Under the pieces are notes generated by a model that saw only the letters and a list, made by a program, of their open reading frames with translations, ran no database searches and was not told where the DNA came from. This document shows, in pieces, positions 54,342 to 61,300 of a DNA stretch of 64,000 nucleotides. The number at the start of each line of letters is the position of its first letter. Position 1 is the first letter of the stretch. The position numbers and the translations under genes were made by a program. Source of the stretch: Patescibacteria group bacterium (GTDB lineage Bacteria; Patescibacteriota; Gracilibacteria; UBA1369; GCA-2718715); contig CBFHYO010000065.1 of NCBI GenBank assembly GCA_965660075.1, positions 538 through 64,537 of the forward strand. Reading direction: 5' to 3'.

Positions 54342-55616
54342 TTACTTACATTGGTTAGTATATACATGCTCGAAAATTTTGTCGAGACTGCGCTGCTGGC
54401 TAGTACCCTTAACAGCTTGTATACAATCTTGTATATAGTTTGAGGAAATAGAAGATGTAGCTTGAATCTGCAAAGCATATGCAGAGTGAATATCTGTGAG
54501 AATTTGCAATTTTTTGAATTCGATTTCTAGATTTGCTACAGTTTCAGCTTGTTGCTTTAGAGATTCAACAGATTGTGCGATTTGATTTAGGTTTAAACCA
54601 GATTGCAAGGCGTCTCTGAATGCATTTTGGTCGGATGTGAGTGATCTTTTAGAAAGAATATATTTCTTTAGGTTTTCATCAGATCCTGCGGTTAGGTTTG
54701 TTTTTAAGCGGTTATACTCTTTCGAAAAAGCTTGACCTACTTTCACAAAATCGCCGCCAACTGCTGCTGCTGAACCTTTTGTGACATTCCATAAATTCTT
54801 AAAGAAGCCATCTTCTTTGTTTGAGTTTTTCTCTAAGAATGCTAGTTCTTCTTTGAAAACTTTTTTTAGGTTTTTTTGAAAATTTTCGCTAAAACTGGTA
54901 ATGGATTTTATAAATTCTTTTAAGGCTTTGTTTAGAGCTACGATTTGCTGAGAATTGCCTTTTCCGAATTTATCAAGGGTTTCGCTCCAAGCTTGATAAG
55001 TTCTATTAAACCTATTGGAACACTCAGAATAAACACCAGTGGTTGTTACATTACCTTGTGGATCTATAATTTTTTGATTGAAGTTTTCTTCGTATTTATC
55101 CAAAATTAGATCTACCTCTGCTTTGATTTCTGTATAATTTCCATTAAAATCCTGTCTGTGAATATCAAATGCGGCAAGGTACATGGGTTCACGAGAATAA
55201 TTTGGATCGTTGAGTGGCACCAGCTCAAGCAAATCTAAGTTTCGAAGAACTGTTAGTTCTAAATCGAGATTTTTAAAGACACTTAATCTGGTTTTGGCAT
55301 CGTCTACAGAATAGGAGTTAATATTGTCTATAAGATCATCTAAAATGGCATCTTTTTTCTTTAAAATCTCCATTCTTTGTGCGTAATTACAATTGTTGGC
55401 TGAGTAGTTAGTTTGGAAATTAAAAAAACTCTGCCGAAATGTTTCGGAGTAATCAGAGCCATCGAAAGTTTCTTCGAGTACAGTAAAAAAAGTATCATAC
55501 CTTTGTTCAAAGCTATCTTGCCTTACGACAGGTGAAGTTTGTGCATATGCAAACGGACTACTTAATAAGTTAGTAATCATTATTACCAATAAAATTTTTG
55601 ATACTCTTATTCGCAT
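54342..55616 (-). CDS. Secreted helical protein, unknown family (ends ...YTNQCK)
   Basis: The signal peptide is MRIRVSKILLVIMITNLLSSPFAYA|Q. The 424-aa protein is rich in helix-forming residues. It overlaps the upstream gene by 10 nt and lies 11 nt from the SPFH gene. Confidence 0.6.
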   Translation of the reverse strand: MRIRVSKILLVIMITNLLSSPFAYAQTSPVVRQDSFEQRYDTFFTVLEETFDGSDYSETFRQSFFNFQTNYSANNCNYAQRMEILKKKDAILDDLIDNINSYSVDDAKTRLSVFKNLDLELTVLRNLDLLELVPLNDPNYSREPMYLAAFDIHRQDFNGNYTEIKAEVDLILDKYEENFNQKIIDPQGNVTTTGVYSECSNRFNRTYQAWSETLDKFGKGNSQQIVALNKALKEFIKSITSFSENFQKNLKKVFKEELAFLEKNSNKEDGFFKNLWNVTKGSAAAVGGDFVKVGQAFSKEYNRLKTNLTAGSDENLKKYILSKRSLTSDQNAFRDALQSGLNLNQIAQSVESLKQQAETVANLEIEFKKLQILTDIHSAYALQIQATSSISSNYIQDCIQAVKGTSQQRSLDKIFEHVYTNQCK

Positions 55617-57142
55617 TTACTTTTGTTTAATAATGGAGTTGCCGCTTCTCTTAAAGAAGCAATTGCTGTATGTAGGTTTTGCATGTGTCTGTTGAAAGTA
55701 TCCATTCTGCCTATTATATCATTGTAACCAAACTTTAAATCACTAATTTGATCTGATAACTCAGCTGATTGTTGATTTGCTTCTTGTAGTGCTTCTTGAA
55801 CTTGTTCTATTGCGATATCTCTTTCTAGAATATTTTGGGTAGATGAACTGATAATATCTTGCCTTGGAGGTGTTGGAAGAGACTGTGTTATTTGGGCTTC
55901 TCTAACTTCTCTGGTTGGGTCTGTAGGACGCAGGGGTTTGGAGAGAACTTTGAAATTAAACACAATTAAACTTTTCTTAAGTTCTTCTTTACAAAATGGA
56001 AACTCACCAATATTTCCAGTAACTTTTTGAGGAAGTAAGTTTACTGCTAAAATTTGATTCATGGCAGCTTTTATTTGTGAAACCTTGCAAGCTAAACAAT
56101 TTTGATCTGCGGGGATTACCAATCCAAAGCGCCCCATTACTTCTTCTACGCTTAGGCAGAACATTTGATCTTCTTCGCACTCAAATTCCATGGTTGGGTA
56201 GTCGGAAAATCCAAGAGGTGTGGTGGTGTTATTTTGACTACTCACAGGCTCATTTGTGGCTTGTGGATCGGGTTCTGGGCTTGGTTGTTGATTGGATTGT
56301 TGGTTGTCTTGTGGGTTTGTATTTTGGGACCCGGTTGGATTTGAATCGGAGGAACTATCGGTTTGAGGTGGTTGAATATTTTCGAGCTGCTGGGTGAGTT
56401 CCGGATCTGCATCGCAGCTGCTAGTTTCTGATTGTGAAATTACACTTGGAGTGGTTGGCTGAGTTCGATCTTGACTGTCTTGTTCTGTTTCGGCTTGATC
56501 ATCTGGCGGGGTTGTTTGACCAGGGTTTGGATTGGCTTGTTCTTGGGATTGAGGGGTTGGGTTAGTTGGGGTTGGGACATTCGAGAAGCCTGCAGGTAGA
56601 CCAGTTAAACTCTGTGTGTTAGACATTCCATCTAACAATATTTCTGATTGAGAATTGAATAAAACTTGTTCCAGAACGTTCAAGTCAACAATCAGGTCGA
56701 AAAATGAATCTTCGGTTGAATTATTCATAAATGCTTCTTTGGCAAATGTGTCTATTTTATTTTTTTGAACAGTCTTTAAATCCTTTGATGCTTGCTCGTA
56801 TCTGGCTCGAACATTGTCGTTGTTTAAATTTGGAATTTGCCTATTACTTTTAACAACTGCTACTACATCTGATTCAGAAATTGTAAATTCATCCGAAAGC
56901 ATTTGATAGACCAGTCTTTCTGCGTCACTCATAAAAAATTTACTGATTGAAAGGTATACATTTGGGTTTTGACTTGCCAAATTTACCTGGGTAACATCTT
57001 TAATTCTAGATTCTTGTGCTTTGTTTATGTAGTCAAAGATCAGCTGATCTGTGATTTGATTGTTAGCATTGGCTATTTGGTTTGTAAAAAATATAATCAA
57101 CAAACCAAAAAGTATGCTAGGTACACTCTGTAGTAGACGCAT
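55607..57142 (-). CDS. Secreted protein with a central P/Q/T/S/N-rich low-complexity region, unknown family (ends ...NKSKCE)
   Basis: The signal peptide ends ANA|N. The low-complexity tract lies at about 56230-56620. A Cys cluster follows (FECEEDQMFC...NCLAC...FPFC). It overlaps the upstream gene by 26 nt. Confidence 0.6.
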   Translation of the reverse strand: MRLLQSVPSILFGLLIIFFTNQIANANNQITDQLIFDYINKAQESRIKDVTQVNLASQNPNVYLSISKFFMSDAERLVYQMLSDEFTISESDVVAVVKSNRQIPNLNNDNVRARYEQASKDLKTVQKNKIDTFAKEAFMNNSTEDSFFDLIVDLNVLEQVLFNSQSEILLDGMSNTQSLTGLPAGFSNVPTPTNPTPQSQEQANPNPGQTTPPDDQAETEQDSQDRTQPTTPSVISQSETSSCDADPELTQQLENIQPPQTDSSSDSNPTGSQNTNPQDNQQSNQQPSPEPDPQATNEPVSSQNNTTTPLGFSDYPTMEFECEEDQMFCLSVEEVMGRFGLVIPADQNCLACKVSQIKAAMNQILAVNLLPQKVTGNIGEFPFCKEELKKSLIVFNFKVLSKPLRPTDPTREVREAQITQSLPTPPRQDIISSSTQNILERDIAIEQVQEALQEANQQSAELSDQISDLKFGYNDIIGRMDTFNRHMQNLHTAIASLREAATPLLNKSKCE

Positions 57143-57818
57143 TTTCGAATTTGTTAGGAATATTTTTTAGAATTTCTATAGATTTTGAAAGCTCAACATT
57201 TAATAAAGCTGCCTGAGACTGCATTTTAATTATGTTTTCGTGGATTGGGTAGCTCATAAAAACTTGATTGTAGAGAGTTACATTGGACTCAAGCATGTCT
57301 AAAATATCACTCCGGTGCTTGTTCCAATAAGTCTGAAAAGCAAGTGATTGAGATTGATTTGCAGGTGTTTGAATAAATGTTTGGATTTCTTGATCTGTCT
57401 TATAAAACTGTTCTAAACTCAGTGTTATTAAACATTGTGGGTTTATATTGGTTAATGTTTCGATTTCTAATTTACACTCACTCACAGCTTGCTCGCGAGC
57501 GGTTTGGTTTGAGTGCTCATAATGCTGTGTTGGTGCCATCAACACTTTTTGATTTTGGGATGAAATGTTTGGCAAGTTTGCATCACTAGGAGTTCTATTT
57601 GGACTAATAGACTGGTTGAATTTTTTGAGATTTGCGTACTGCTTGTTTGTAATATCGTTAACTTTGAGATGATAACAAGCGATAATGTGCTCGAAACTGC
57701 GATCTGTTGATGGATCACAATACTGTTCGGTAGTTTCTGCCTGTGCCGCAAAAAAACCTTGATGTAGAATCAAAAAAAGCGAAAGAATAGCTATCGTATA
57801 CAACTTTCTATGTAACAT
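57117..57818 (-). CDS. Secreted helical protein, unknown family (ends ...TTECT)
   Basis: The signal peptide ends AQA|E. The protein is 233 aa and overlaps the upstream gene by 28 nt. Confidence 0.6.
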   Translation of the reverse strand: MLHRKLYTIAILSLFLILHQGFFAAQAETTEQYCDPSTDRSFEHIIACYHLKVNDITNKQYANLKKFNQSISPNRTPSDANLPNISSQNQKVLMAPTQHYEHSNQTAREQAVSECKLEIETLTNINPQCLITLSLEQFYKTDQEIQTFIQTPANQSQSLAFQTYWNKHRSDILDMLESNVTLYNQVFMSYPIHENIIKMQSQAALLNVELSKSIEILKNIPNKFENASTTECT

Positions 57819-58384
57819 GGCACACGCGAGTTAAACGCAGATATTTGGTCTGCTATATAATTTACATCATTTACTAGTTGTTCTAGTTTGATATTAATTT
57901 GGTCAAATTTACTAACTAATGGCAAAGCACTTTTTTTAGATGTCGATTTGGCGACTGCCCGTGCTAGTACCAATTCCATTTCTGTGACTACGTCTGTTAT
58001 AAGTTGATCACAGGTGTTTAGGGTTCCTAAGTCGTATAAGCTTTGAACTTCTTCTCTGTAGGTGGCTATTTTGGTAGATCTGAGGGCTTCTGTTTTGGAT
58101 CGGTAGTTTAGATAATGATATTGTAAATCAACCAAATTTGTTGATACTGGTTGTTCTGCAGTTAAAAACTCTTGTACTTTTTCATAAAACCCATCTAGAT
58201 TTGCTTGCAACTGGGTGCTAATTAATTGATCACACTTAATTTGATCTGCAACTTGTTGTTGTGTTTGTGTTTGTGGAGATTGGCTTGTAGCAACTTCTGA
58301 GTTTGCTTGGGGGTTTGCAAAAAATGTAATCAGGCATGTAAAAACCAGCAAAAATGAAACAATATGGAGGGAGTTTTTATTCAT
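57791..58384 (-). CDS. Secreted helical protein, unknown family (ends ...PCYIESCIR)
   Basis: The signal peptide ends PQA|N. The protein is 197 aa and overlaps the giant gene by 8 nt (ATGAATAA). Confidence 0.6.
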   Translation of the reverse strand: MNKNSLHIVSFLLVFTCLITFFANPQANSEVATSQSPQTQTQQQVADQIKCDQLISTQLQANLDGFYEKVQEFLTAEQPVSTNLVDLQYHYLNYRSKTEALRSTKIATYREEVQSLYDLGTLNTCDQLITDVVTEMELVLARAVAKSTSKKSALPLVSKFDQINIKLEQLVNDVNYIADQISAFNSRVPCYIESCIR

Positions 58385-61300
58385 TTGTGATTGTTAGCGC
58401 ATTAGATTTATCGAGAACTAGTGTTTTATCTGGGTTTCTGAGAATTGCAAAGAAAACATCTGATTCTGATAAAAATTCTTCACTTTCAATTGTATACTGA
58501 CACGGGCACTGGTCACAAGCAATATCCTCTAAAATATTAGATTCTGGATTGATAGAAACTACAGATTGAGTATTATCTTGATCTGTTATTTCGATTTTTA
58601 CAGATGCAGAAATTTGCTCTAATTGCGACTGGATTGATTCTGCTTGTGCCTCTAACTGTTCGGCTTGAGATTGTTGTTTGAGTTGTGTTGAATCTAGAGC
58701 TTCTGAGTCTTGAGTGGTAGATGTAGGAGTTTGGGCTTGTTTGATAAGATCTGCTAATTGATTAGCAAGGGATTCTAACAGTGCCACTCTGTTTGGATCT
58801 TGTAGTAGTTTTTGTGCTTGTAAATCTTGAGTTGCTTGTATTTGATCTGCTGCAGATTGTTCGAAAATATCTTCTGTTGGAAGGTTTAACGCTTCCCTGT
58901 CGGCAATACAATTTCTGATATCTAGAGTTCTTTTGGCAATTTCTGCAAATTCGATACGAGTTAATTTTTTATCAGGATTTTTAGATTCAGTTTCGGTTAG
59001 CAAGAATGTTTGTTTTAAGTCACCTACTTGAATTGGCGTAAGATTTAATGAGTAATCAAGGTAGTTTTGGTACCAAGGTTCGACCTCTTTGAAATCTGAA
59101 GTGTCTATTACGTTCAATAAATCTAGGGCCTGCATAATAACTTTGACCGCCTCGATTTGGCTGATTGGATTAAGAGGCTTGAATGGAGTTAATAAAGAGC
59201 TTGTGTTTCTTTCGCCTTTGTAACCTTCGAAGAGACCTAGCAAGAATGTTTCTTTGGTTTCATCGTAGAACCATGGAATTAGTTCTCCAAAAGCAATGTC
59301 GTCGAATACAGAAGGCTGAAGATAACTCTCTGGTCTTGGCGAAATACAAAGTACCTTAAGAATGATTTTTGCATACTCCGCACGTGTAATTAATTTATTT
59401 GGGAAGAAATATCTTAAACCACCAACTTTTGAACCTTCTATAATACCTTTCTCTTGAAGATACCTAAGCGTTTGAGCTTCTTTTGAATTAGGATCAATAT
59501 CTGCAAAAGTCGGAGTTTTGTTTGCCAACTCATCTTTTGATTGGTCTGACAACATGGCTAAAATTTCAGCCATTTGGGCATCTGTTAAATTATGCTTGTT
59601 TTTAAACTGATTCAGAATGTCACTAATATCTTGCGTAAATACTTCTTGTTCTGTGGTGTTTGTGTCTGGATTTGACTGGGTTTGAACCACTGGTGCTTGG
59701 GTGTTTGAGCTTGAGAAAGGTTTCACAAGACTAGTTGGACTACTACTTTTAACTAGATAAGCTGCTACTATTTTGTTTTTATAACTTATAAATACTTTTT
59801 GATCTTGGTTAAGATCTGTAATTTTTTCCAATTCTAGTTTTATCTGAGGGTGACTTACAATATTGGAACCATTTGGTTTTAGAATAAATACAACTGTATT
59901 ATTACTGTCGTCTTTTATAAATACAGATCCTCTGAGTGCTGGATTTTCAAAACCGATTGATTCTAAATTGATTTGGTCATTGTTGTCCATATCGACAATG
60001 CTGACAGGATTTGTAGCAGATACAAGTTGCTCTAGAACTTCTAATTGATTTACAGAGAGATTATTATCCCCTGTTTTATGTATAGAAGTTAGATAATCAT
60101 CTTCGAAAAACAACTGATAGTTACTTGAATTTGTATCTGTAGAGTTGGATCGAACTTTGATACTTGCTTTTGGATGTTTACTAATTACATTCCCATTTGC
60201 CCGAGAAATATCGAATAGCTCCCCTACCTCTGGATTACTTATAATAATTGGAGTTTCTAATGGATTATTAATTAGTTGGTCGATTTGTTCTGGATTTAAA
60301 TCTGGATTTTGGTCACTTGCCACTTCGGACATGAGAATGGTAAATTCACCAGCAGAATTGGTTGATGTTTCGGCAAATATTTCTGATGAACCAGATTTCT
60401 TTTGAACAATCTCAAGAGGCATGTTTGCTGCAACTGGAGAAATTACACCTTTAATATGTGTTTTGTTTACTTCTGTAATATTTATCTTAGGTGTTTGGAT
60501 TGGGTAGTTGAATAAAGATTCTGATTTGTTATTAGCAAAATCACTGGCGTAAACCTTGAATGACTTATTGTTAAACTCTGTAAATGGTCCAAAGGTAAAT
60601 TCTTTTATTGGTGAATTTATATTAAAATTAATATTTTTATCGTTATCACGAATGCCATCATTATCGGAATCAACATCTAAATTAGTATCTACAAATAAAT
60701 CTTTGAGACCACTTTCTGAATCGAAAGATTCTGAGAGATCGAAATTATGAGTTGCTCTATAAACTAACTTTTGAACTTGTGGAGTGAGTGTTATGGTTGG
60801 AGGTGTTCTGTCTGCACAAATATCTACTGTAAAGTTGATGTTTCGTTGAAAGGCTTTGGTAGTTAGTTGATCTACAATAAACACATCATAAGAGTAAATA
60901 CCAAGGTCTAATGGAATATTGATACTACTTGGTGTTGATTGAATTGTTTGCATTTGAGCAAAATCATCACGGAGAATCTGAACTTGATTAATTCGTGCAG
61001 AAGACACGTTTTGATTGGATTCGACTTGATTTGAAACTACAATTTTCTTGTATGGGTTTCTGGCTTGCAATGAATTTTTATAAATTTCTACAACTACCGA
61101 ACTAGAACCCAATTCTGCTGGCAATTGAATTTGGACTGAATTGTGATTGGATGTAAAGGAAGTCTCGTTTGATTGCATATCTAACTTGCTGTTTTCTTGG
61201 AAAACATTTTCAAATTGGAAAACACTAGGTCTTTTTGCTCTTGAAATTCGCGAGGTTAGTTCTGAGTAATTTTCTTTTATATAGAACTCATTACCTGCTG

